Part shown: in pieces, positions 1-10,256 of the stretch
Layout: each line of letters starts with the position of its first letter
Numbering within the stretch: the first letter of the stretch is position 1
Assembly (NCBI GenBank): GCA_017471445.1
Contig: JAFUTJ010000018.1
Span: 10,871-74,870, forward strand
Direction of reading: 5' to 3'
DNA length: 64,000 bases
DNA from: Alphaproteobacteria bacterium
GTDB taxonomy: Bacteria > Pseudomonadota > Alphaproteobacteria > Rs-D84
Translations under genes and position numbers: made by a program
Notes under the pieces: model-generated
What the model was told of the DNA's origin: nothing
The model's input: the letters and a program-made list of their open reading frames with translations, nothing else
Database searches by the model: none

Positions 1-405
1 AACAACGTATTTTGTAAAACTGTGGTCGTCGGTGCCCATATTCTGGTAAATCTGGGATTCAGACACATTCGAATTGTTTTGTGACACGTCATAGATTGCG
101 CCACTGCCAAAATTAATAAACTTGCCAAAATGGTCGCGGTTGCGTTCCATATTCTGAAACATGCGCACATTTGTATAGAACAGGTTTGTTAAATCCGCCG
201 CCGCACGATGCCCGGGCTTTACCGCCGTGTGCAACACCGCGTCAAAATACCGCCCATTAAAGAATTTATCAACCGATGCGGTGTCGGCAACATCCAAATC
301 GCGATGCCCCGGCGCAACGATATTATACCGTTCCCCCATGGATGATTCGCGAATGTTGCGACCGATAAAACCAGTACCACCGGTCAATAAAATTGTTTTC
401 TTCAT
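1..405 (-). CDS. NAD-dependent sugar epimerase/reductase (extended SDR), N-terminal 135 codons; gene continues past the left edge
   Basis: Minus-strand frame open to position 1. ATG at 405-403. N-terminus MKKTILLTGGTGFIGRNIRESS carries the Rossmann GxxGxxG motif. Starts 6 nt after the rfbH stop, so it belongs to the CDP-sugar operon. Confidence 0.7.
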   Translation of the reverse strand, partial: MKKTILLTGGTGFIGRNIRESSMGERYNIVAPGHRDLDVADTASVDKFFNGRYFDAVLHTAVKPGHRAAADLTNLFYTNVRMFQNMERNRDHFGKFINFGSGAIYDVSQNNSNVSESQIYQNMGTDDHSFTKYVV

Positions 406-410
406 GGCAA

Positions 411-1778
411 TCAACGCGTACGCCCCCGAACAAATTCATGTATTACGCGGGACGTTTGTTGCATGTCACGCGGTGTATTATTCTGGGCACAACCGACCCA
501 AAACGTATGATTCATTATAAATTCTGTCCCCGGCAACCGTGCGTAATCACGTTCTGTCAAATCGCGTGAATTAACCACCCGCCCATCGCCAATACGTACC
601 GGTACATCATTGTTTTTCAGCATCGGTTGACGCAATATATTACCTGCAAACAACTGACGTGTGCCGATACCATTTTGTTCCAGATGCGTTACCATTTCTT
701 GTTTATTAAACGGCGCATCATCACGTACCGATATCAGGTACCCAAACCATGACGGCATGCATTTCTTATCAACCGTTGGCAAAATTAAATAGTCACGCAA
801 ATCGCGCAATTGCGTATTCAACACGCCCGCATTTTCACGGCGCATATCTAAAAATTGGTCCAATTTACCCAACTGGGCCAGACCAATGGCCGCCTGCCAA
901 TCTGTTACTTTCAGGTTATAACCAATATTAGAGTACGTATATTTATGATCATACCCGTCTGGCAATGCCCCCAATTTCATACCAAAGCGTTTATTACACG
1001 TATCATCTGTTCCTGGATTACACCAACAATCACGCCCCCAGTCGCGGAAAGATAACACGGCACGACGCAATTTTGCATCATTTGTGATTACTGCACCACC
1101 TTCACCCATTGTGATATGATGGGCAGGATAAAAACTAAACGTTCCAATATGGCCAATTGTTCCGGCGTATTTGTCTTGCCATTTCGCCCCCAGGGCATCG
1201 CAACTGTCTTCGATAACGTACAGGTTATGTCGCGCAGCAATGTCCATAATCGCATCCATATCGTACATATTACCCAATGTATGCGCCAAGAATATCGCAC
1301 GCGTTTTTGGCGAAATCGCACGTTCTATTTCTTCAATTTTGATGTTATAAGTCCCAATTTCACAATCAACAAACACCGGCACCAATCCATTCTGAATTAT
1401 TGGATTTACCGTTGTCGGAAACCCAGCCGCAACCGAAATAACTTCATCACCACGACGTAATGCATTCGCCCCAAGTGTTGGCGACGTTAATGCCGACATA
1501 GCCAGCAAATTCGCCGATGACCCAGAATTTGTTGTCATGGCATAGCGCACCCCCAGTTTTTCGGCAAATTTCTGTTCAAATTGTGTGTTAAAACGCCCCG
1601 CCGTCAGCCACATGTCCAGTGACGCATCAATCATATTTTGCAATTCTTCTGCACCAATATTTTTTCCTGAGGCCGGAATATACTTTTTTTCTGATTGCGA
1701 TTTTTCCTGAACATCCAATTCGGCATATTGTTTTGCCAAATCTCTCATTTGTTGACGAATTTGTTCCTTGGTAAGCAT
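411..1778 (-). CDS. rfbH: CDP-4-keto-6-deoxy-D-glucose 3-dehydrase (E1), DegT/DnrJ/EryC1 fold
   Basis: 455-aa ORF. SFYPAHHITMGEGG has His where aminotransferases have the PLP Lys. The Cys pattern C-X57-C-X1-C-X7-C (DSC...DCWCNPGTDDTC, counted by hand) matches the E1 [2Fe-2S] site. Confidence 0.8.
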   Translation of the reverse strand: MLTKEQIRQQMRDLAKQYAELDVQEKSQSEKKYIPASGKNIGAEELQNMIDASLDMWLTAGRFNTQFEQKFAEKLGVRYAMTTNSGSSANLLAMSALTSPTLGANALRRGDEVISVAAGFPTTVNPIIQNGLVPVFVDCEIGTYNIKIEEIERAISPKTRAIFLAHTLGNMYDMDAIMDIAARHNLYVIEDSCDALGAKWQDKYAGTIGHIGTFSFYPAHHITMGEGGAVITNDAKLRRAVLSFRDWGRDCWCNPGTDDTCNKRFGMKLGALPDGYDHKYTYSNIGYNLKVTDWQAAIGLAQLGKLDQFLDMRRENAGVLNTQLRDLRDYLILPTVDKKCMPSWFGYLISVRDDAPFNKQEMVTHLEQNGIGTRQLFAGNILRQPMLKNNDVPVRIGDGRVVNSRDLTERDYARLPGTEFIMNHTFWVGCAQNNTPRDMQQTSRVIHEFVRGRTR

Positions 1779-1779
1779 A

Positions 1780-2868
1780 TTATTTACTCCATTCTACATT
1801 TTTAGCACGCGCAGCATTTACAAAATCGTTTATTTGCTGTTGTGTATATTTAACCATATCTTCTTTGGAATAATGTGCACGATACCATTTTGTTGTTTCT
1901 TCAATTGCATGCTGTGCATTCCAAATTGGCAAAAATCCCAGTTCACGTTTTGCCTTATCTATATTTAATTGCAACAGGTTTGCTTCATGTAACCCATCGC
2001 CATTTCCGACAACAACTTTTCCATCACCCCATACGTCTGCAACCATACGCGCAACATCCGCCACACGCACGGGCGTGCCATATTCCGGGCCAAAGTTATA
2101 CCCGGTTGCAAACTTGTTACCATGTTGCAGTAATTTTTGCCCCAAAATCATATAACCCGCCAATGGTTCCAGTACATGTTGCCACGGACGCGTTGCATGC
2201 GGATTGCGTATTTCAACAGTTTTTCCATCGCGAAAAGCGCGAATACAATCTGGGACCAAACGATCGCACGCCCAATCGCCACCGCCAATAACATTACCTG
2301 CACGCGCCGTTGCCAGTGAATACGGCCCACCGTCGCCCAGGAACGACCGACGATACGATGCACTTAAAATCTCTGAGCATGCCTTGGACGAAGAATACAT
2401 ATCATAACCACCGAACGGTTCGTCTTCTGTATAACCTGCTGCTTTTTCTTTATTTTCATAGCATTTATCTGTGGTTACGTTAACAACCGCGCGCACCGAC
2501 GATGTTTGACGTGCCGCTTCTAATACATTTAATGTACCCATCACATTTGTTTGATATGTTGATATCGGCATATCGTACGACAACCGCACAATTGGTTGTG
2601 CCGCCAAGTGAAATACAATTTCTGGTTTTGTTTCGTTCATAAACCCACGCAAGGCATCAAAATTACAAATATCAGCATGTTGTTCTGCGTCTATCACCCG
2701 ACCAAGATTTAATACGTCATACATTTTCTCGTCACTATCAGGTAACAGAGAATACCCAACAACATTTGCACCAATATTTTTCAACCAGAACGCCAACCAT
2801 CCACCCTTAAAACCCGCATGTCCGGTAACAAAAACCGTTTTACCGCGATATATATCGTCAAAAACCAT
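1780..2868 (-). CDS. rfbG: CDP-glucose 4,6-dehydratase
   Basis: 362-aa ORF with VFVTGHAGFKGGW Rossmann motif and YSSSK (YxxxK) catalytic motif. Lies between rfbF and rfbH; its stop is 1 nt before the rfbH start. Confidence 0.85.
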   Translation of the reverse strand: MVFDDIYRGKTVFVTGHAGFKGGWLAFWLKNIGANVVGYSLLPDSDEKMYDVLNLGRVIDAEQHADICNFDALRGFMNETKPEIVFHLAAQPIVRLSYDMPISTYQTNVMGTLNVLEAARQTSSVRAVVNVTTDKCYENKEKAAGYTEDEPFGGYDMYSSSKACSEILSASYRRSFLGDGGPYSLATARAGNVIGGGDWACDRLVPDCIRAFRDGKTVEIRNPHATRPWQHVLEPLAGYMILGQKLLQHGNKFATGYNFGPEYGTPVRVADVARMVADVWGDGKVVVGNGDGLHEANLLQLNIDKAKRELGFLPIWNAQHAIEETTKWYRAHYSKEDMVKYTQQQINDFVNAARAKNVEWSK

Positions 2869-2870
2869 GA

Positions 2871-3659
2871 TTAACGCCCCTGTGTATTATTCCAAATTTT
2901 CCATGGTGCATTACCTGCGTCCCACATCTTGTTCAATTCTTGTTTATCTTTTAACATATCCATTGGCCGCCAGAAACCACGATGCTTATACATCCCCAAT
3001 TTTCCATCACGGCTTAAATTCTGCAACGGCGATTTTTCCCAAATCGCAGAATCTTCATTTGGAATATAGTCAAATACCTGGGGTTCACAAACAAAGAATC
3101 CGCCATTTATCCAACTGTTTTCATTTTTTGGTTTTTCTTGGAAATTCGTAACAGTACCATCTGGCGCAGCCTCTACTATACCAAAGCGTCCTTCGGGTTG
3201 AACGGCGGTTAATGTTGCAAATTTACCCGATTTTTTATGAAAATCAATTAATGCCGGGATATCAACATCCGACACACCATCGCCATATGTCAACATAAAC
3301 GTATCATTAATATACGGCCGTGCATAACGAATGCGACCACCTGTCATTGTGTCTTTGCCGGTATACAACATTGTAACCCGCCACGGTTCCGCACGATTTT
3401 CCAGAACGGTGCGTTCGCCGGTTGACAAATCAACCGTCATGTCGCAATGCCGCAATGAATAATTTGCGAAATAATCTTTTATAACCTCGTGCTTATAACC
3501 ACCCAAGATTATGAAATCGTTAAATCCATAATGGGCGTAAATATTCATAATATGCCAAATAATCGGATAACCGCCGATTTCAACCATTGGCTTTGGCTTA
3601 ACAGATGTCTCTTCCCCCAGGCGCGTGCCTAATCCCCCCGCCAAAATAACGACTTTCAT
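2871..3659 (-). CDS. rfbF: glucose-1-phosphate cytidylyltransferase
   Basis: MKVVILAGGLGTRLGEETSVKPKPMVEIGG sugar-nucleotidyltransferase signature. ORF-track start 3716 trimmed to ATG 3659, which is preceded by AAGGAGG. Confidence 0.85.
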   Translation of the reverse strand: MKVVILAGGLGTRLGEETSVKPKPMVEIGGYPIIWHIMNIYAHYGFNDFIILGGYKHEVIKDYFANYSLRHCDMTVDLSTGERTVLENRAEPWRVTMLYTGKDTMTGGRIRYARPYINDTFMLTYGDGVSDVDIPALIDFHKKSGKFATLTAVQPEGRFGIVEAAPDGTVTNFQEKPKNENSWINGGFFVCEPQVFDYIPNEDSAIWEKSPLQNLSRDGKLGMYKHRGFWRPMDMLKDKQELNKMWDAGNAPWKIWNNTQGR

Positions 3660-3673
3660 TGCACAGCCTCCTT

Positions 3674-4795
3674 TTAAGATTTGTTCATCGTTTGGCGAAA
3701 AAGGTTCCAACGCCAATTCTTTGGCGCGATAAAGTGCAAAATACGACGCAATATTAATTTCAGCAAAGTCCCTGCCCCAATATACTTTGCCGCATTTTGC
3801 AAATACTTGTTAAATGCATGCGAATTTACGTACAGGTCACGAAATTCACGCACCGAAAACCCAAACCGTCGTATCAACGCATCACGCATACGCGGCATAT
3901 TCATTAATCCATGCAAATAAATATATCCAGAAATTGCCGCCGAAATATCGTCACCCTTCATATTATGCACGGCAAAAATAAATGGAATATATTTTTTATC
4001 ACGTGGCCCCAACTTTGCGACATACGGCACATCAGAACACAAATCCCGTACAGTTTCAATATCGGTTATATTATTTATTATTGCCGAATACGGAATACGT
4101 TCAAAAAACAGTCTGGGGTCCATCCGCCCATCAAACATACGCGAAACATTGGCATCATGTATGCGATATGAAACCAACTTATCATCCAGATAGTGCATAC
4201 GACCACCACGGCTTAACAAATCACACCACATACCAATATCTAATGTTGTTATCGCACTGTCATCAATATATGCATGTTCCAAGGCAGACCGCCGCACCAT
4301 AACAGTTGGATAATAAATCGACGTTTCCCCACGCATCAATTGCCGCATTATGTCACGCGCGGTTAAATCCCCCCCCCCGCACGCCACATTTTTATAATTG
4401 ATTGAACGTCCCAAATGGTCAATAAAGTCCATGCGCGAACATACCATTGCACAATCGGCATTACGTTCCATAAAATCAACCAATGTACCAATACAGTTCG
4501 GGCGCATAACATCATCGGCACAAAAAAACTTTATGTATCGACCGGTGGCATGTGCCAACATGTCGCGTAATAATAAACCACACCCTGCCCCGGCATTGTG
4601 CCTTTTATCAATATGAATAATACGTTTATCATTAAAAGAATGCGCAATTTCCCGTGAATTATCGGTTGATGCATGGTTTAACAATATCAATTGGAAATCA
4701 CAAAAATTCTGGGCCAACACAGACTCTATGCTCTTTCGTAAAAACTTAGCATCATTATAATAAGATATAAAAACTGACACTAACGGTTTGTTCAT
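3674..4795 (-). CDS. family 2 glycosyltransferase
   Basis: KPLVSVFISYYNDAKFLRKSIESVLAQNFCDFQLILLNHASTDNS is a GT-A/GT2 N-terminal signature. Start trimmed from 4894 to ATG 4795 (MNKPLVSVF). Confidence 0.7.
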   Translation of the reverse strand: MNKPLVSVFISYYNDAKFLRKSIESVLAQNFCDFQLILLNHASTDNSREIAHSFNDKRIIHIDKRHNAGAGCGLLLRDMLAHATGRYIKFFCADDVMRPNCIGTLVDFMERNADCAMVCSRMDFIDHLGRSINYKNVACGGGDLTARDIMRQLMRGETSIYYPTVMVRRSALEHAYIDDSAITTLDIGMWCDLLSRGGRMHYLDDKLVSYRIHDANVSRMFDGRMDPRLFFERIPYSAIINNITDIETVRDLCSDVPYVAKLGPRDKKYIPFIFAVHNMKGDDISAAISGYIYLHGLMNMPRMRDALIRRFGFSVREFRDLYVNSHAFNKYLQNAAKYIGAGTLLKLILRRILHFIAPKNWRWNLFRQTMNKS

Positions 4796-5035
4796 TATTC
4801 TGCCCGATTTCCCATTGTACTTATAAAAGGAATAAATACAACATTCTTGACAACAACGAAAAAAGTCACTTCTGTCGTTGCGAATATAGTACACGCATAA
4901 AACAGAAAGTCAACATTAATTATTCATAATCTTTAACCGTATTTAAGGTTTACAAAATTATAACACAAAATACCACCGACAATAACATTTCTGGCAAATC
5001 TGGACCAGATTATACATGTTATTTACAAGACTCTG

Positions 5036-5063
5036 AAATAAAACCCGCCCGTTTGGGCGGTTT
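5036..5063 (-). terminator. intrinsic terminator of the efflux operon
   Basis: CCGCCC-N4-GGGCGG hairpin (5045-5060) directly after the TolC stop, followed on the minus strand by GUUUUAUUU. Confidence 0.7.
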
Positions 5064-6365
5064 TTATTTATCGGTTTTAATCCCTAGGTTTTCCGGTGTT
5101 AATTTACCCATTGCCGCCAGAATCGCAAAATATGCCGATTTCTTGCCATGTTCGGCGCGAACCAACGATACACGCGCATTTAATAATTCTTGTTCCGCAT
5201 TTAATACATCCAAAACCGTACGGCGACCATTTTTCTGTTCATCTTTGACACCGGATAATGCCATTTCGGCGGCGCGCACACCCGCATTTGCCGCATCAAT
5301 TGCCGCGATTTGCGCATCATATGCATTCCACGCCGCCCGCAGGTTTTCAATAACCGCCGCGCGGGCATCCATTTTTTGTTCATCAATGCCAGCAACGGTT
5401 GCACGCACCTTGTCAACATGGGCAAAAGCATTACCTTTGTCATACAGTGGCACGGTTACATAAACGCCGACGCGGCCATCACGCACGCGGTCAATGTATG
5501 GCATATTATTCACCTGCATATACGACGCGCGCAGGTCAACCGATGGCAACATGCTTTTGCGCGCAACGGTTACATTTTCCGATGCCGCAGTGCGTTTGGC
5601 ATCCAATGCCAATAATGCCGGGTGATGGGCAATGGCGTATTCTTCGGCATCGGCCAATGATTTCGGGAAATGTGATGCCATGCGCGACGTGTCAACATCG
5701 GTAAAGTCGCCCGTGTCGGTGCCATATATACGGCGAAATGATTCCATTGCGTTATTATACTGGGCACGGGCATCCGCAGTGCCGTATTTGGCCGCTTCCA
5801 TGCGTGCCGCAGCCTGGGCTACATCGGTCTTGGTCATTTGACCAACCGATTGACGTGATTGGAAGTTGTCATGATATTGGCGCAGAACCCGTTCATTATT
5901 TTGTGCCAATTTTAATACTTCACGTGAATTCAGTACATTTATATATGCATTTATCGCATCAAAAAATACCGATTGTTGCGTTGCGTCACGCGCCGATTCT
6001 GACGCATTTTGCGCCGCACGGGCACTGCGCACACCGGCCACAGTACCAAATCCAGAAAACAAATTTTGTTGAAATTGAACACCAATTTCAGATGGCACAT
6101 AATCTTCGTCACCACCGACAAACATACCCAGCATTTTATCGTCTGTGTGTAAATTTGTACGCGCCAAACCAATATTACCCGCCACCCCCAGATATGGTTT
6201 ATACCCGGCACGCGCCACATCAACATCAGCCGCAGCAACATTAACATCGGCCATGGCCGCCCGAATTGTCGGATTTGTATCATAAACATTTTGCAATTCG
6301 GCATACATGTCTGCGTATGCTGGAACGGCCATCATAATCATTACTATTGCACAATACTTTTTCAT
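5064..6365 (-). CDS. TolC-family outer membrane efflux protein
   Basis: 433 aa with signal peptide MKKYCAIVMIMMAVPAYA. Two-repeat coiled-coil/barrel composition typical of the OEP family. Last gene of the ABC efflux operon. Confidence 0.8.
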   Translation of the reverse strand: MKKYCAIVMIMMAVPAYADMYAELQNVYDTNPTIRAAMADVNVAAADVDVARAGYKPYLGVAGNIGLARTNLHTDDKMLGMFVGGDEDYVPSEIGVQFQQNLFSGFGTVAGVRSARAAQNASESARDATQQSVFFDAINAYINVLNSREVLKLAQNNERVLRQYHDNFQSRQSVGQMTKTDVAQAAARMEAAKYGTADARAQYNNAMESFRRIYGTDTGDFTDVDTSRMASHFPKSLADAEEYAIAHHPALLALDAKRTAASENVTVARKSMLPSVDLRASYMQVNNMPYIDRVRDGRVGVYVTVPLYDKGNAFAHVDKVRATVAGIDEQKMDARAAVIENLRAAWNAYDAQIAAIDAANAGVRAAEMALSGVKDEQKNGRRTVLDVLNAEQELLNARVSLVRAEHGKKSAYFAILAAMGKLTPENLGIKTDK

Positions 6366-6384
6366 ATTATTTACCCCCCAATTG

Positions 6385-7476
6385 TTAATTTAATGTTATT
6401 CTGAATTTACGTATCGCAACCCACCACATGACGGCACCAACCGCGCACAGCATGCCGCAATAATACGCAAAATAACCAACTGTTGTACCCTTTAACATAA
6501 TATTACGCACCAGATATACATAATGTGTTAATGGATTTATAAAACTAACCCAACGTAAAACCAGCGGAAAGTTTTCCGATGGTATTAACGCCCCAGATAA
6601 CATCAGGCACAAAAATGCGACAATCATAACACCCAACATGGCCTGCTGTTGCGTACTGGTATAATTGGCCAACAACACCGACATACCTGTGCCCGCAACA
6701 CAAAATGCCAAGAATGCCCCGACAAATGCCCAGAACGACCCGACAAACGGAACATTAAATGCAACCATTCCGACAACCAATACAATTACCATACACAAAA
6801 ACGCAACAAACACATACGGCAATGATTTTCCCAAAATAATCGTATGTTTAGAAATTGGCGCAGCCAACAATGTCTCAAAAGTTCCCATTTCTTTTTCTTT
6901 GGTAATCGCGGTTGTTATCAACAACATCAGCATTATAAACGTTATACACGCAACCAATGATGGAACCATAAACCATTTTGTATTCATTTCCGGATTAAAC
7001 AGGATTCGCGTACTAAATTGTATTGGCACACTGCCCAAATCCATACCCATATCAACGGCAACCGCGGCAACAATACCTTGTAAATATGCCTCGATTGATT
7101 GAGCCTTTAATATATTCATAGAATCAATTAACACCTGCATTTCACCATCACCGCGAATAACAGATTTTGCCAACCCACCCGACGGCGCAATAATTGCAAC
7201 ATCGGCATTACCACTTTGCACAGCGGTTATGGCATCCATTTTTGTATCACGTGCACGAATAAAGAACCCAGACCCAATCGCATGGTTATAAACACGTTCC
7301 ATAATGACATCATTCGGTGCCATATCAACCGCCAGACGAATATGATTTGCCTCTAACGTTATGGCACCCGACAATATCAATATCTGAACCGCCGGCATAA
7401 TCAGCACCGCAACAACCAATGCCGGTGTGCGCAACATTGCCGTTATTTCTTTCTTGAAAAATCCCCAAATGGTCAT
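6385..7476 (-). CDS. ABC-2 type transporter permease (YbhR/YbhS-like)
   Basis: Large periplasmic loop after TM1, then 5 C-terminal TM helices. Start set to the ATG overlapping the upstream stop (ATGA at 7476-7473). Confidence 0.8.
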   Translation of the reverse strand: MTIWGFFKKEITAMLRTPALVVAVLIMPAVQILILSGAITLEANHIRLAVDMAPNDVIMERVYNHAIGSGFFIRARDTKMDAITAVQSGNADVAIIAPSGGLAKSVIRGDGEMQVLIDSMNILKAQSIEAYLQGIVAAVAVDMGMDLGSVPIQFSTRILFNPEMNTKWFMVPSLVACITFIMLMLLITTAITKEKEMGTFETLLAAPISKHTIILGKSLPYVFVAFLCMVIVLVVGMVAFNVPFVGSFWAFVGAFLAFCVAGTGMSVLLANYTSTQQQAMLGVMIVAFLCLMLSGALIPSENFPLVLRWVSFINPLTHYVYLVRNIMLKGTTVGYFAYYCGMLCAVGAVMWWVAIRKFRITLN

Positions 7477-8606
7477 TCCAGCGTCCTTCTGAATTTTATT
7501 GCACATGCGACCAGCAATAATACGGCAATCAGTCCCAGGAATGCCAAATCTGGCATCATGTTGACCAGACTGCTGCCCTTTAAGAACTGGTCACGCGTTA
7601 AATCCATATAGAATCGCGCCGGCATTACCGATGATACAATTTGATACGGGCGCGACATATATTCAACCGGAAATATAAATCCCGATAAAACAACCGTCGG
7701 CAATAAACCAATTATTATCGCGAATTGAATGGCAACTTCTTGCCGGTGGGTGGAAACAGATATTAACAACCCAATTCCCAAATAACCCAATATAAACAAT
7801 ATAGTCCCCAATCCCAACGTAAAATAATTCCCCATAAATGGAACACCAAAAACGGTGCGCGCAATTATAAAAACAAATATAAAACCGATGAAAGACAATA
7901 CTGCATATGGTAACCCTTTGCCAAAAATTATTTCCATTGGCGTTGCTGGTGTAGACAGCAACATTTCCATTGACCCACGTTCCCATTCACGACATACCGT
8001 CAATGTGGTCAACATTATTGCCACCAACGCAATAATCGCCGCCGCCAATCCCGGCACTGCAAACCACCGCGAATTTAATTCTGGGTTAAACAGGTATCGT
8101 GTTTTGAACGAAAATCTATCTTCAACAACGTATCGCGGCAAATCAAAAATCTTGAAATATGAATTTATATTTACTGCGGTCAAATACATTGAAACAGCCA
8201 TCATTGCCGTATTGTCGGCCCCATCCAGTATAATTTGTGCACGGGCATTATCGCCAGAATTTATATCACGTTGAAAATTTGGCGGAATTACCAATACCGC
8301 ACGGGCACGTTCGGTAATAATTTCATCAAACCCATCGTCTGGGTTGGTTAACATATACGGTTTAAAATACCCCGAACTGCCAAACGTTTCGACCAATTTA
8401 CGTGATGCAACGGTATGGTCATTATCAACATACGCCAAAGATATTGACTTTACATTAAATTCAATTGAATTTCCAAGAATCAGCACGATTATTAATGGCA
8501 ATAACAATGCAATAAACATTGTAAACGGATCGCGCAATATATGCTTAAATTCTTTGGAAAATATGGCGCATGCGCGTGACATTGAAAAACTGCGTAATAT
8601 CACCAT
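7473..8606 (-). CDS. ABC-2 type transporter permease (YbhS/YbhR-like)
   Basis: 377 aa, paralogous architecture to 6385-7476. Follows the ATPase genes. Confidence 0.8.
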   Translation of the reverse strand: MVILRSFSMSRACAIFSKEFKHILRDPFTMFIALLLPLIIVLILGNSIEFNVKSISLAYVDNDHTVASRKLVETFGSSGYFKPYMLTNPDDGFDEIITERARAVLVIPPNFQRDINSGDNARAQIILDGADNTAMMAVSMYLTAVNINSYFKIFDLPRYVVEDRFSFKTRYLFNPELNSRWFAVPGLAAAIIALVAIMLTTLTVCREWERGSMEMLLSTPATPMEIIFGKGLPYAVLSFIGFIFVFIIARTVFGVPFMGNYFTLGLGTILFILGYLGIGLLISVSTHRQEVAIQFAIIIGLLPTVVLSGFIFPVEYMSRPYQIVSSVMPARFYMDLTRDQFLKGSSLVNMMPDLAFLGLIAVLLLVACAIKFRRTLE

Positions 8607-8610
8607 TGGT

Positions 8611-9516
8611 TTATCCCCTCTCTACTAATTTAATAAACACATCTTCCAATGATGGGGCAATACGCGTTATATTAAAGTCGCGGCTATATTTTTTTATTTG
8701 CGCATTTTCATTTAATCCATCGCGAAAACGAATATGCCAATGCACACCAAACGGTTCACACATTTCCATATCGTCAGACGGTGGCAATATCGGATTTTTT
8801 ACCCGTGGCGCAAAAGACAATAACCCGGCCCCAAACGTTTGCTTTTTCAGATTTTGCGGACTGTCCAGTGCGATTAACTGTCCCGAACGCATTAACGCAA
8901 CACGGCCACAATTTTCGGCTTCATCCATGTAATGAGTTGTCACAAACACGGTTTTACCTGTATCTGCCAATTGGCGTATTAGTCGCCAAAAACGGTCACG
9001 TGCCATCGGTGAAACGCCCGCCGTTGGTTCATCCAAAAATATTATTTTTGGTTCATGCAACAACGCAACACACAGGGCAATTTCTTGCTTAATCCCACCG
9101 GGCAAATCTTTGACAATTGTATTCAATTTCATATCAAATCCAATAAAGCGCAATAATTTATCGCGCGTCTTGATATACTTTTCACGCGGAATATTACGCA
9201 ACGCGGCCGCAAAATCAAAATTTTCATAAATTGACAATTCGTTATACAGTGTAAACTTTTGAGACATATATCCAACGTGCGATTTTATAATATTTTCGGC
9301 ACCGGCAACAAATTCTGTATTATTTACAAAAACACGCCCACCCGTTGCCCGCAACAACCCGCACAACACGCGAATTGTTGTTGTCTTGCCTGCACCATTT
9401 GCACCCAAGAAGCCGAATATTTCCCCCGACGCAACCGAAAAAGACACATCGCGCACGGCATAAAAATCGCCAAAACAAACATCCAGATGACGAACATCAA
9501 CAATTGGCCGCATCAT
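8611..9516 (-). CDS. ABC transporter ATP-binding protein
   Basis: Walker A GANGAGKTT, signature and Walker B (IIFLDEPT). ATGA overlap with the upstream ATPase gene. Confidence 0.85.
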   Translation of the reverse strand: MMRPIVDVRHLDVCFGDFYAVRDVSFSVASGEIFGFLGANGAGKTTTIRVLCGLLRATGGRVFVNNTEFVAGAENIIKSHVGYMSQKFTLYNELSIYENFDFAAALRNIPREKYIKTRDKLLRFIGFDMKLNTIVKDLPGGIKQEIALCVALLHEPKIIFLDEPTAGVSPMARDRFWRLIRQLADTGKTVFVTTHYMDEAENCGRVALMRSGQLIALDSPQNLKKQTFGAGLLSFAPRVKNPILPPSDDMEMCEPFGVHWHIRFRDGLNENAQIKKYSRDFNITRIAPSLEDVFIKLVERG

Positions 9517-10256
9517 TTGTTATTACCCCCGCGCACCAAGAAAAATTCATCAAAATTCGCACATTTGTACTTGTTCAACAATTCACGTGGTTCACCGGCC
9601 CCCAAAACATGCCCAGAATCCATCAAGACAACACGATCACAGCGTTCTGCTTCATCCATATATGCGGTTGTCATAATAACCAAAATCCCCGAATTTAAAG
9701 CATCGTGTAACAAATTCCAAAATTCACGCCGTGATATCGGATCAACGCCATTTGTTGGTTCATCCAACAACATAACGCGCGGCGACCGCAGCAATGCACA
9801 CATTAACCCCAGTTTCTTATACATCCCACCCGACAGATTACCCGCCGTGCGGTCCAAGAATTTATCTAAACGGGTTAATTTTAACAATTCTGTACGCTTT
9901 TTACGAAATTCCGCATTATCCAAACTGTACAACCGACGAAAGAAATCCAGATGTTCCCCGACCGACAAATCAGAATACAAACTTTGACTTTGTGGCATAT
10001 AAGCAATATTTTGACGAAATTCATCAAAAGACACACTGTGTCCGTCGCAAAAATATTCGCATCCACCAACATCAGCGCGCATTAAATCCAACATTATACG
10101 AAACAATGTTGTTTTACCTGCACCCGCTGGACCAATTACACCATACAAATTACCAGTATGAAAATCCAACGACACATTGTTCAGCGCCGACACATCGCGG
10201 AACGATTTTGACACATTATTCACGCGTATTTCAATATTGCCAACACGTTTATTCAT
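9513..10256 (-). CDS. ABC transporter ATP-binding protein
   Basis: Walker A GPAGAGKTT, LSGGMYKK signature, MLLDEPT Walker B. First of two separate ATPase genes (fused as YbhF in E. coli). Confidence 0.85.
   Translation of the reverse strand: MNKRVGNIEIRVNNVSKSFRDVSALNNVSLDFHTGNLYGVIGPAGAGKTTLFRIMLDLMRADVGGCEYFCDGHSVSFDEFRQNIAYMPQSQSLYSDLSVGEHLDFFRRLYSLDNAEFRKKRTELLKLTRLDKFLDRTAGNLSGGMYKKLGLMCALLRSPRVMLLDEPTNGVDPISRREFWNLLHDALNSGILVIMTTAYMDEAERCDRVVLMDSGHVLGAGEPRELLNKYKCANFDEFFLVRGGNNK

Noticed and set aside
227-520. 97-aa plus-strand ORF
   Set aside because: Antisense to the SDR and rfbH genes.
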